Positions 39,101 through 52,000 of a stretch of 64,000 nt of DNA are shown piece by piece (the stretch's first letter is position 1; each line of letters opens with the position of its first letter). Below the pieces are notes generated by a model that saw only the letters and a program-made list of their open reading frames with translations, was not told the origin of the DNA and searched no databases. This DNA comes from Marsupella aquatica (taxonomy: Eukaryota; Plantae; Marchantiophyta), in the NCBI GenBank assembly GCA_973895155.1, contig OZ316898.1, positions 16,165,420 through 16,229,419 on the forward strand, given 5' to 3'. The position numbers and the translations under genes are program-made.

Positions 39101-40829
39101 CTAGCTTCGCTTCTTTTCTTTGGGAGCTTTTAGGTAATAACAAAGACCTTCTTAGCACCAATGTTCTTCATTCTGCAGATTCATCGCTTTCTTCTGTCTG
39201 AATTATGTTCCTACTTTAGTTATTCTTTACAGCTTTTGTAAAGCCTCTTTCACTTTTGCTAGTTTCTCAATATTCCTTTTTCCGCTTGTGAATTACTCTT
39301 CATTTCTGTGTCGCTTCAAGTCACCAGTGTGCCACTCCCTATCAACTTTACTGTCCACATTCAAGCGCTTCCCTCTCCTCCCAACCGAATCACTATCGAC
39401 CTTCAGCTTCCAATTAACCAGCGTCTCGGTCCCTAGCAAGGTCAAATCAAAGACTCCCAAAAAACACTTCCAATCCACCAGCGTATCAGTTCCAAACTCA
39501 TCAACTCAATTCACCAGCATCTCGGTCGTGAAAAGGCCAATCAAAGCTCCCAGAAGACCTTATAAAAGTCAAATCAGAGCTCCAGGAGAATACGGTCTGT
39601 TCTAGCAACAAACTTTGCTTGGCGAGTCCACCCTAACTCTCACGGCATCAGCAGTTATCAAAACATCAATTGGGCCCTGTTCAATTCTAGACTCGAAACC
39701 TCCAAATCTCTCTGCCTTTTCCTTGTCACTGCCTCAAATTTCAGCAGAGAATCCAGCTTCAGTCCCCAATTTCTGTAACTCATGAAAAGTTTTTCTTCTT
39801 TTCTTTGTCAATGAAACTATAATCTCCTTACATCCTCACATAATCGTCCACTTCAGCTTCTTCTCTTTATATCCTCCGATCCAGAAGTGCTACTCAATCC
39901 CTTTTCTTTCTCACCCTTTGCCTCTCACCTCACGCGCGCAACACTCCCCTCTACTTCATTCCTTTCCCTTTCTTCCTTCGCGTATACATTCCCCACTTCC
40001 AGTCCATCAATTTCCTTGCTCCCTGACTCTCTCAAAATTGATTATTATTCCCCGATCGTCTCCTCGTTCCAAATCAAATCCACTCTTGATCATCCCATCC
40101 GTTCCGTCTTGCTCCTTACTCCCATTTGGCTGATTGCCCTGCCATCTTTGCTTCTTCTTCCCACTCCACTGATTCTCCCAAACTCAGCCTCTGCTCAACT
40201 CTCCATCGGATCCTTTCAGTCTTCTTTCTTACAATTTTTGCTCCCCGAACTCAGCTTTAAAGATGTCGCATCCGGAATTCTCTTTCAATCTTTAGCTTTT
40301 CCCTCCTTCACTCAAAAACATTCTTCACAACGACCATGATCTCCTTGTTATCCCTTTGTTGGACCTCAGCATCACCTCTCCCTCACCTCAATCTTCCAAA
40401 AAGTCCTTATCCCACAACAATCACCATCCGCAGCTTCACTCTCTTCACTCTAATTTCAATCGCTTGCCTCAGCCTTCACCTGAAAATCCAAAACCTCCAC
40501 ACAACAACAACCACCTTCGGCTGAATCTCATCCCTTTTCCCCAAGCTCTCAAGCGCGCCTCATTTCCCATTGTCTTCTTCTCGCAAACTTTTCTCTAACT
40601 TCCTTCTTCACTTTAACTGCCATGAACTGAACGTCCTTATGAATTTTGAATCCCCTCAGCCCGCCACATGTTGCGACCACAATAATTGTCTCTATTTCCT
40701 TAAACCTAAGCTTCAACTTTCACTTGTTTTATTCCTCGTTTGTCTTTTTATCCTTCAACTTAAACTCTGTTTGTTTCTTTCACTCCACAACCAGAGATGC
40801 TTCCTAAACTGAACTAAAAGCAGGTCGCC

Positions 40830-43800
40830 ATGTTCCGGCACACTCCACTTCATCCGTCAAATATTTTCCCCGCCGACAACGGGAGAGGAGGATGCATGCT
40901 TTACAGCCATGCAGACCAAGAAGTACCAAGGCTCATGGCCAGATCGGGCTTGGAGGCCTTTGTTAGATTACCGTGACTAAAGCCGGAGGTGCCGGAATCA
41001 GACTTGCTGGAATTTGTCGGATCATGGGACCACAAGTCTAACTCAACCAAGATCTACGGGAGGGACTTCTATCTCACTCCCAAGGTGATTGCCAAAGTGT
41101 TTGGCTTGCCGATGGGCAACAAGACCAAGGTAGACACCCGGAAGAACTTGCCAAACAAGGAGTTTAGATCGTTCACTGGGCCATCAACAAAAATGGCTTC
41201 TTCCAAAACACCTGCACCAACCCGCACATTGGAGAAATGATCAATTTCTTTCGAGTAACAATGCATTGCAACCTGGCAAGGCCGGAGATCGGCAAGGCAA
41301 GGTTTACCTGGCAGAGAGGTCGAGACTACAACGGGTACCTCCTCACCCAACTAAAGAAGATCTTGAAGGAGGAACAGCAAGTGATAGGCTAGGGGAGCAT
41401 GTCCTAGCTTGGTTATCACATGCCGTTGTTGTGCAGGTATGCCCGGAGTCAGACCTTTGCGCCAATACTCCCCCTGCAAGCAAGGGCGTCGGAAGAGGAG
41501 TTGGAGCCAAGGCGGGCAACAAGGAAGCCCAAACCGCCCGGCAGCCCCACGATAGCGCAGATCTTTTGGCCAACGCCCGAACCCATGCCAATGCAGCAAC
41601 GGCCATGTAGAGCCTCTTGCAGATGCTCCAGAAGGAGAAGATGGCAACAGCGACAGAGGCACCAGTACAGGGCACCACAAGACCCACTAGAGCAGATCCC
41701 ATTACCGGGGCCACGGAGAGGAGGAGGCCAGAAAACAAGCCGGGGATGCGGATGTTTGTGGGAGCCTTGAGTCCGGAACCCAAGGGGCAAGGACCCAAGG
41801 TTCCTAGTCATGATGAGGAGAGAGGAAGGCGGGTATGGGAGCCGAAGGAGAGACCTGCACACATGGCAGTTCCCGATAGGATGCCACGTTCACAGCTAGC
41901 CCAAGAGAAGATCCATAGGCACCAGTCCTCCAGGCCGGCAAGGAGGGCGTGGAGGAATACAACAAGGATGACTTTGGCTATGGGTCAGATTGTGCGGTAC
42001 TAGGGGTGCGGACTTGTGGCCGTTTCATTCCCACACTTCCAAGAGTGGTGCATGGGGACCCGCAAGAACAGAGAAGCCCGAAGTCTCCCCCACCAGACGT
42101 CCCTCCTCCGAATTACAATGGGAGAAAACAGGCCGACCAAGAGTTGTAGGAGCGACTGCAAGATCTGAGAGGGCAACCCTCGCCAAGGAGAAGGATTTTC
42201 CAGGCAGAATCCAGGCCAGAGGACATTTGGAGGCTTGCAGAGGACCAAGCCGGGCCCTTGCCCATGTTTGACAAGATTCGGAGGGCAAGCTGGGAACAAA
42301 GGCCGCGTTGGGAGATGCCGGCATCTCCTAACCTCTCCACCTATGCACGTTCCAGAGCTGCAGTACGGGAGGATGTGTGTCACCTACTTATCAAACAATT
42401 TACACAACAAACACGTATTTCCTCCTACTAAAATTGTTTGTTATTGTATGACGGGAACGTGGAGGGACGCTATTTGGATTCTATTGCATGTAGGATGAGT
42501 ATGTTTGATTCTGCTCCCGAAAGTGTAATTTTTGATCAAGTCTACCGACTAGCCCCTCTATTTTTTATCAAGTCCCATGGACTATACCACACACACTCCT
42601 ACTGGTCGTTGGTGGAGTGTTGTCACCATCCCTCCTACTCACATGGTTGACCAAACCGTGCAAGGATTCCTTAGACACTTCTTGGGGAAAGAACACAATT
42701 GTGAACTAGAAAAGATAACGCCACACCAAAACTGGAGGAATCAAACCAAATCCATATCTTTTGGCAAAACGTCATAACACATTGCAAGGACAACCCGGCC
42801 TCCTGCCATCTGCCCAACTCCTGGCCTCACTGGGGCAAGTGCTACACCTCTACCTCACTATTCTAGCTTGATTCCCTCTTCTGGCTATGAGCTAACTTCC
42901 CTTAAACCAACACTAGACTGAGTTCCCCCTGGCTCACTGCGGGGCTCCCCCCTAAATACTGAAAAAAACACACCAACGCACCCCTCATGGGGTCACCACG
43001 ATGGCGGCTACCCTAGTGTCGCTGCTAAAACCCTTCACAAAGAAATCCCTAACCTAAAACATGCGGCACACACATGTACTAAAACCCTAAACTAACTACG
43101 GGACCGTCGGTGCCTTCGACGGTGCCAACCGTAATCATCCGTAGTCTCGGGGAAGTGAGGGGACCACTCATGGTCGAAACCTCAAATATGTCCAACTACT
43201 CCCCTGAGGGGAACCCTGGATAGCTCTGCTCTTCCTGATCATGAATCTGTAAACGGCTCTGCAAACGGACTCCGGACGACCCAGTTACGAATGTTTTAGT
43301 ATCCCGTACCGACCAGCTTCGCGAGGCTCTAACTCTCTCATCCTGGCTCCATTTGAGGAGCGCCGCCTCTTGTTGGAATCATCTCCGTGAGCTATTTCCA
43401 ACAAGCCCGTGAGTGCCCACTTCCGAAAAGTTTTCAAAGTCAAGAGGTCATACGACCAAGTCTGTACTCCTCCTCCTCACTCACGGTGCCAAGGCTTGAG
43501 CCCCGTGAGTTGGTCTCCTCATCGCTCTACATTGGAGTGGATACCACTCCGATAACAAGTACTCACTTGAGTCCACCACCTCCTATCCTATCTATCTACC
43601 CCTGCCTACCAGCCTCAATCTTCCTGATCGCCACCATCGGTCCGTTGTAAAAGGAGGGGACCCCTATAATTGTCGAAACTAAAATTTTCTCAGAATTCAC
43701 TTCTGAAAACATATCTGAGGATCCCTCCTCTCCCTGATCACGAATCCGTAAATGGTGCACAAAATGGAGGTCAAACGATCAAGATATGATCATTTAACTT

Positions 43801-46168
43801 TTCACGGGGCACCGTCTCCTTCCATTTCGTCCGTACAACACTAGGGGGCCCCGGCTTTGCAAAACACGGATCACGGGTTCCCTGTATGTGCTGCTACCTC
43901 CTCCTTCCCTTGCAAAGCCGGGACCTCCTTCCGTACGGACTTCCTACGGCCTCAAAACTTTCGTATTCTCAAAAAAACGCGATCTAGTATATCTCTTTCA
44001 TCTTAGCTCCGTTTTGGCCGTGTGACACGTCGTTGGATTCAGCTCGGCGAGCTCTTTCCAACAAGCCCGTAAACTCCTGATTTTGAGATGGTCAAAAATC
44101 TTATGTTCGTACAACCAGGGTCCGTACACATGGTGGAAGCAAGCACAAGAGGGAAAGGGTTTAGGGTTTAGGTATGGGTGGAACCCCCACAAGTGAGAAT
44201 AGAGAAAAAGGGAAGGAAGAAAGTGTGAGGGCCCCTTCTACGGATGTGTTCTTCTACGGAGTGCCCCTCTATGGAGTGGGGAAGGGAACGAGAGCAAAAA
44301 CCATGTGAGGACCACACAAAGGGTGAAGGGGAACACAAGTGTGGGAACCCCTTCCTTCTAAGGGCCCTCCCACCATCACTACTCCAAGATTGCCTAGTTT
44401 GCCATTTTACAGGCGTTGAGGTCCCTCAAGATGTCACTGTTTGATATAGACCTAAAATCAACTAGAGAACCTAAGTTTCGCATGGGGCTCATTGAGGGCT
44501 TCAAAATGAATCCAAACATGACCATGTTTGGAATAGTACTAGCACAGCAACGTTTGTTTTAAGTTTCAATATTTCTATATTTTGGTCATTCTTCCCGTTT
44601 TGCGCCTTACGTGGAGCCTCCGACCAGCCCCCACCCCTCCAAGATGCCCACACCTTGGCTCCAAGTCCTTGGGCTGCCTTGTGGCCTCCTTGTACCCCCT
44701 CAATGGTTCCCTTGTCATCCATCACCGCTCGACACCCCTCTCAACTCCGGCCTCCGGTTGTCGCAGCCATCCATTTATTAGAACTCACAAAAATAAAAAA
44801 TTTGAAAATCCAAACACTTTTACTACACCTACTTGTATTTCTACTTATATACGCAATTATAAGTCATCACTAAGTTACTACCGGTTTGGAGTCCTGTCAC
44901 AATGTGCGGATTACTTGCCCTCAACATCTTTGGCGAGGAGTTGGAGTCAGGGCCTTTTCTCAATAGGGAGAGGTTGGAGAAAAGCCGATTGGAGGAAGCA
45001 CTAGCCTTGGAGAGAATGAAGAAGGAGGAGGTCATCCGACGGCTTAGAGAGAAGGAAACCGAGGCTAGAGATCTAAAGGCAGCCAAGCAGGCTCAGGACA
45101 AGCTGTGGGTTAGGAGGCATGAGATAAGCATCATGCAGGGGCAACTGGATACGGCCAAGGCTGATAACTAGTTAATTAAGACTAAACTTGCCCAAACCCA
45201 AGGGCATTTGGCCGAGGCCCTCAAGGAGAAGGAGAAGTGGAAGCAAGAGCTTAAAGACGCAAAGGTGGCTCACCTAGCGATCAGCAATAGGGCCATGGCA
45301 GAGGTGCAGAAGAAGGAGCGGGCACCGAAGGAGGAAATCAAAGACAAATTAGATGAGGCCTATAGGGGTGTTGATAAGCTGAAAGAGGACCTCAAAACCC
45401 TGTCGGCCAACTTTCGAGCCAATCTGCGTAAGAAAGACAACATGCTCGATCAAACCTACAAGAAGATGAATAAGATAGAGTTTGATGTCGTCCATGAGCT
45501 CAACGCAGAGCTAAGAGCAACCTAGGAGGAGAGGGCGGCCTTACGGAAGGAGTTGGACAAAAGCCTGAAGGAGTTGGAGGAAGCTTGTGAGGATTTAGAC
45601 GAGACCCAGGAGGAGTTGGAGGACGCCACGCGGAAATTAGAGAACTGCAGAGGCGGGAAAACAACCAAACAGAGCGGCTAAAGAAACTATCCAAGGAGTT
45701 AAATCGGCAGGCAGCAACAAGTGGACCCCCGGTGGCGGCAACAAGGTTGCAGGGCGTGGTACTGACCGAGCAACAAGCCGAGGTACCCTCACCTTTGCCG
45801 GAAGTAAGTGGCAAGGGGAAGGCACCGGCTGCCATGGAAGGGAACTCAAGGATAAGAAGAAGCGAAAACCTTCAGGGTCAGGGAGCAACACGGTTCCTCA
45901 GGCCATCGTGGCTGAGGTAGAAAGCATGGCACGGGCCTTATGCAAGGTAGTGGCTATCAAAGTGGCAGTCTTAGAGGTAGGCCAAGAAGACCAGTTGGGT
46001 GAGGCCATGACGGGCACTGACTCAAGGTTACCAATCATTGATCGGCATCAACCACAACCTTGGGAAGACAAGACAACCCGACTTATAAGATGAGCCTATG
46101 AGGAGGACCACTACGGCCAGATGGCCAATGCCGGGACTGGCTGTGCTGAAGCTGTAAGGAGTGATTAA
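40830..46168 (+). pseudogene. Accessory gene (Transposase_32/PMD-like core + coiled coil), split by a solo LTR
   Basis: LLEFVGSWD..IYGRDFYLTPKVIAKVFGLP; frame QYGRMC|GLLALN rejoins across 42378-44906; E/K-rich coiled coil 44950-45700. Confidence 0.7.
42378..44901. mobile_element. 2.5-kb solo LTR
   Basis: ATGTG|TGTCACC...TGTCACA|ATGTG; perfect 5-bp TSD; host reading frame restored on removal. Confidence 0.85.
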
Positions 46169-47302
46169 TTTACAAAAACTAGAAATAAATAGAATTTCAA
46201 ATTTTTTTTTGGAGTGTTTAAAGTTTTGGAATGATATTTAGAGTAAGTTTTATACTTTCAAACATTTATATCTTCATGCCTAGGCATGATTATGAGAGAT
46301 TGCTTACAACTGAGAGTTTCTTAGGCCACTACCCTAATGGTGAAGGTCACCACCTGCAATCATGTCAAAGTGCTAGGTATTTTAAGAAAAGCTATCCACA
46401 TTGACAAGTGTTACTTGGAAAAGAGAACATTGTCTCTACTCTACTATGAAAGACAAATCAGACATCTTCTTTATATGCAAATTCATTCTCAATAAGGAAA
46501 TATATTGGAGGTCATTCAAATTGCCCTGTGAGACAACCACATATCCTTGAGCACAAAGACATTTGACAACAAGACTACGGAGACATATTCTAAGCTGTCA
46601 TGCCCTCGCTTCTGAGCTAATAAGCCTTATTGTACTAAAAACTTGCACTTGATAGCTCTTTATCACCAGGAACTACGGAAGGGACGCTCCATAAGAAGGA
46701 ACTACCTCTATTTCCATTAAGCCTTTGCTTCTCCTTGAGACTGTGCAGATGTATTTGGTTTCCGTCACCAGAAATGGGTATTCTTTGGTTTCCACCGCTG
46801 GAAATGTCCCCCTACCCGGCAAGACAACTAATCTAGGTCTCCCTTACCCAAAGAGAAGACTTCTGGACTAACAAAGATCATATAAGCAACATGCTAGACC
46901 ACAAGGGCCTCAAGATTTCAGATGAGTGCACACATCAACAATTTCTTTCCTAGAAACGCGCTGAAATTTCATAAGAATTTCAAAGGAAGTACATGGGTAG
47001 GTTGTCACTACCTACTTGCTATACTTTAGCTTCTTCAACTCCTACTACTTAACACTATGGTCCTTTCAAGCCTCAAGGCATACACTTGAGTTCTAGTACC
47101 CCTAGAACATCTACCTTAGTTCCCCTAAGGTCTCTTAGTGCTACTCCTTGATTCTCCATACTTGGACCCACACAAAGTAACTCGCACCAACTTAAGTACT
47201 CCTTGCTTGGCTCCAACTCATCACAAAGTCCAAAACCACCCCAAAGGCCAGCAAGTGACTCATCACTAAAAAAGACCAGCCCACCTTTCAAGGGGGTCAA
47301 AG

Positions 47303-47547
47303 CTCGGGGGGGTCACTTCCATGGAAGTGACATATCATGTGCGACGAAGTATAGGGCCATTTAAATGGTTTTGGCGGAAGACTTATTAAGTCTTCTATGG
47401 AAATATAGGGTTGTTTAATTGCAAAATGCATACGTGTCATCACATGATTGGTGTCATACAACTTTCTAGAAAGTGACTTAGGGGGGTCATAAATGACCCA
47501 AACCGTCGCACGTGATGTATGACCCTTTATATAGTGACCCCCCCGAG
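47303..47547. mobile_element. 245-bp MITE, TIR CTCGGGGGGGTCACT, TSD GGTCAAAG
   Basis: Perfect 15-bp TIR, imperfect to ~45 bp; 8-bp (or 9-bp) TSD. Confidence 0.92.
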
Positions 47548-48936
47548 GGTCAAAGATCCTTACTTATCCTCCTAACTATCTCACTAACTCACTTGTTTGT
47601 CTTACCTAACTAATGAGCTAGTTGGTGACCTTTTGAAAGCCTAAATCAACTCCTTGATTTCAGCCCTTCATTCAGGTCCACCTCACCTCCTGACTTGGCT
47701 GTCCTATCCCTCCAAATCAGGGACTAAGTCAGCCTCCAAAGTACAGTCATCCCTATCTACAAAATAGCTCTAAAAATAGTAGAGGGATCAACTTCCAATG
47801 GCCCTCCAAGTTCCTCCAAAGTCTCCATGTAACTCAGGTCCTTAGGTACCCTCCATGTTAGCTTTAAGGACTCCACTCCTTAACCTCCTTATTCCTGGAC
47901 TCCAGAACCAGCCTAGGTCCCCTTGACATGAAAGAGCCCTTCTCCAGGCCTCACCCATCCGATTAGGGCCTTGCGAATGACCCAAGCATGGTACCTCCTT
48001 ACCGTACTGGTTAGTGGCTTGGTAATCTGGTTGTCCTCTCTGAAATGCTTGAGGTACACCTTGGTGAAAGCCCTCATATTTGAACTTCTGCCCCTCTTGT
48101 CCACCTTTGAGCAAGCTAGGTATTGGGCCAGCCAAATGTCGGGGTCGGCATTTGCTCTCCCATGCTTACTCCACAAGGTGAACTTAGCCTTGTGGACCAG
48201 GGGAGGAAATTGATGATCAGGCAGCCCTCTTGGATCAGAAACTCTGGGATCAACCATGCACTTTGATTGTAGTCCCACTTGACCTCCTTTTAGAGCCTTA
48301 CCACGATCGAAACCTCTCAAGTAGCTGGAAATATCAAACTGTTATACAACCTGACTTCCAAGAGAATCTTAGTGAACTCCCAATCCTCCTAGCGTGTGCC
48401 AGCCTCTAGCCACCGTCGATAGCTTTCCAATGTATTTAAAAGTACTCCAATTGAGTCTAAACTAAGCGAGTTATTCAGGTTTCAGCAGAACCCATCGATA
48501 TCGTCACTTTAATCTAGGGTCAGCCTTATCTCAAGGCTTAGTTACTGGTGTAAACTTGGTTTGCCTGACCCTGCATGTGTAAACTCAGCTGTACAAAGCC
48601 AAATAGTAACCCCGTGAGACTACAAACGTAAAGGCCCAGTACTCCTGTGAAATATAAGCCCTGGTCTTGATAGTAAGTGCATGGGTGAATGGAGAGAAAG
48701 AACTCATGGAAATGGGAGAATGAATGCTTCCCATCTATGGTAGAGTCAACTGCCTGATTCAGTTTGGAGCAAGAAGAGAACTAAGCTAGGACTTAGAGAA
48801 CTGAACTTGTTTGAAGGGATCGTGGCTTATTTGAAGGAAGTCTGGCTGGTGCTTCTGTTCATACCAGCCCTCCATTCTCACAAAAAACATCTCCCTTCCA
48901 TGTGTTCTTCTCTCGATTGTCGGTTGACCTTGGTAG

Positions 48937-49086
48937 CATTCAATTTGTGAGTCCAAAGAGCAGCCATTCTAATTTCAGAAATATCTCTATGGACTTGATA
49001 CTAATCCTGCATTCAATTCTTGAGTCCAAAGAGCAGCCATTCTAATTTCAGAAATATCTCTATGGACTTGATCCTGCATTCAATTC
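48937..49086. repeat. ~70-bp tandem duplication
   Basis: gagtccaaagagcagccattctaatttcagaaatatctctatggacttgat x2. Confidence 0.9.
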
Positions 49087-52000
49087 CTGAAGTTAAGGGC
49101 CACAGCTCAGATTTCTTGTCAATCACCCTAGCTGAGGAAATGGTCTTCTAGCTGTCCACTGTTGCCACCTCGAAGTTCCCCTCTAGAAGGTGCAAGTTGA
49201 TTTCGCCTGAAGAGCCCCCTTGTTAGCAGTCGATGACTTCTCCTTTCTGTAAAATATTCTCTCTGATTCAGAAATTTCAATCTTCTCTATTAATTTCCCT
49301 TCCAGCCTTTGCTTTCCCTTCGATCTCCTCCTTTAATTCGTGCTCCAGAATTTCCTCTTCTAGTTCAGGTCTTCTGATTCTCCTTGAGCCCAGCATTCCA
49401 GCCCAGTTCTTCTTAATTGATTTGGTGGAGTATTGGCTCTCCATTCAGCTGCAGCGTTGAGCTCCATTCTCCCTTCAATTTCACTTTGATTTTTGCTCTA
49501 TTAAATTTTGGGCTCGACACCTGGCCTTAGCTAGCTCTTTTACATTGTAACCCTGCCCTTTACAGATGTAAATGAGTCCACCACGTTTCTCTACGCAGCT
49601 GAATTACCCCTTTGTATGCACAAAGAACATTCCTCCCTTTAAGTCTCCCTTTAAGTGCTACTTATGGCATTTAACATTAGCCATCTTCGCCTATAGCTCA
49701 AAACTCACTCATAAGGAAAAAAACTATTATGAACATACTCCTGGCTTTCTTAGCCCTAGGGCTTCCTAAAACAATTCTTAGAATTGATATATAACTAAAC
49801 TTGGCTTTTCTATAATTGTTCAAAGTCTGTAATCCGTCATAATTCATAGCTATTTTTACAGAATTCGGACCACTCCCAAAAAATATCTATAAGTCCAAAA
49901 CTAGGTTTAGTAATTCTAAGGGATAGTGTTAGGTATAGTAACACCATGGCTAGCCTTCAAAATACATTTGTTGCTCTCTGGCTATTTTCCCTAGGTCCTG
50001 CAAGTTGGCTATTTTAAGTTTTGTTCCACTGTAAATAGCTTCTAATTGAACGGTCGAAATGACTTGCACTTTTACAAGGGTTCTCCAGGGCCTGCCTAGA
50101 ACCTTCAGAAAAAATCTCAGCCTAAATTACAAACTCTAAGGATCTGATTACCTATCTAATCCACTGTTAAGTTAATCATGGTTTAAACTAATGAAACTTT
50201 CTTACTCTGCTTTACTGAAGAGAGTTTACTTCAGTTTCACTTCTACTTCCCACTCATTTACAGGCATAATATGCTTACTTAGAACAAAAAAGAAAAAATC
50301 TAACCTAAAACTAATTTAACCCACTAATTGAGCGGCTCACATAAGCGCATAACTTAGTTTAAGAAAGAGAAATCCTCGTGAATTTATTGTGTAGGCTAGA
50401 TAATTCCAAAAACTCTAAAATTTCCTCAGCATATAGAGTATACATAGTCAAACATCTTGGAAAATTTTCAGCATCAACCAACTTATACTAGGAAGTTTAA
50501 AATGTTTAAATCTGCTCAGTTCTTGTTATACTGCGATTACTAGTTTACGAGATTACAAGTGTTTACTAGTATAAGAGTTTACGAGTTTACTAAGTTATGA
50601 GATTACAAGTATAAACAGTTACTAATTTACGAGTTCATACTTAGTCATTTTTCCAACTTTTTACTCACAATTTTGTAGTTTTAATATTTTGAGAGGTATG
50701 AAGAGGCATGTCTCTTCAACCTTGCGTCCTTTCATTTGGTAGATTTTCACTATAAGATAGCTCTACCACTAGTGTACTCTAAGGAGAAGTTCAACAATTT
50801 TTGCCTCTTCTTGGTGTTTAGCCAGTTGGTCATGAATGTTAAGAGTTTGAGATCAAGCTTAACACCAGGAGAGACTTTCAATCTTCCTTCTTGTGATTTA
50901 TACTTTGAATAAATCATAGGAAGTAAATTTTCATTTGTGCAAACCTTATGAGTTGTAATGCCACATTCCGTTGTTGGTGATTCATTAAATCTCTTGAGTT
51001 CTTATAGTTTACTCATTGAGTTTAAGTCTCATTGAATTTGATAAATTTTCTTTCGTGTTACTAAGTACCACCTAAATACTAAAGAAGTTACCTTTTAGAT
51101 CTTGTCTAGTACCACCTAGAAAGAAAGGACAAGACATACAGTTGATGACATTTTTAAAGAGTACTCTAGTAAGTATTTTACATCTGAAAAATAATATGGA
51201 TTTGAATTCATAAAGTCATTTCATTTTGACTTATGAATAAGGAGTAACCTTGGTAAATTCCTGACTCCCTTATGATACTTTAAGATATTTTTCCTTGTGT
51301 TTTTGTTAATTGTTTTGTTTTATTATTTGATGGTTACATAATGTTGACTTACCATTAAAAACTTTTCACCGCTATGGAGCGATCTTCAAAATACTTGAGT
51401 CAAGTAATCAATTTTGATTACTATATGCTAAAGAGTACCTTAAACTCTCATTTGTGTTTTATCTATCAAGTCAACCCCATCTTGTTCTTAAAGAGAACAA
51501 ATACCGAGTCGATAGAGATAAAATTGTGTTTTCAGTCTTTTATCAACTATTACAAAAGCCGTAGGAGCGGACCCATCACTATCAAAAGCCGGGGAAGCAG
51601 AAGCCGGAGAAGCCAAATCTGAGGTAGGAGTGGGGCCCGATCACACGCGAGGATGGGTTGACCCCATCAGGAGCCGGTAACTGGTCAGAGGACGGGACGC
51701 CTACATTGGCCACCGAAGAAGGATTGGGGGCATCCATTGAAGGCCAGCCACTAGTGTTATGATGGTGGAGGGGGTCGTCCCTTTTAGGGAGGGCGGACGT
51801 GGAGGTAGGAGGTGTGAGTGGGCACAGCGAGCGTAGACCTCCAAATTTAGAATTAGGATCAGGACCAAGAAGCGGCCCTAACACTTAGACTAGCGGGTTT
51901 TGAATCCACTGGTAAGAGCAACACTTGTGCTCTTGCCCCGCTGTACATAGGTAGATTACTCTTAGAGGTAGATTTGGCTTACACAGCAAGGAAATAGATA

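Noticed and set aside
38100-40800. S/L/F/P-rich ORFs
   Set aside because: Compositional artefacts of a pyrimidine-rich, intron- or UTR-like tract
50530-50640. Degenerate gtttacgag/ttacaag repeats
   Set aside because: Low-complexity minisatellite with no further structure
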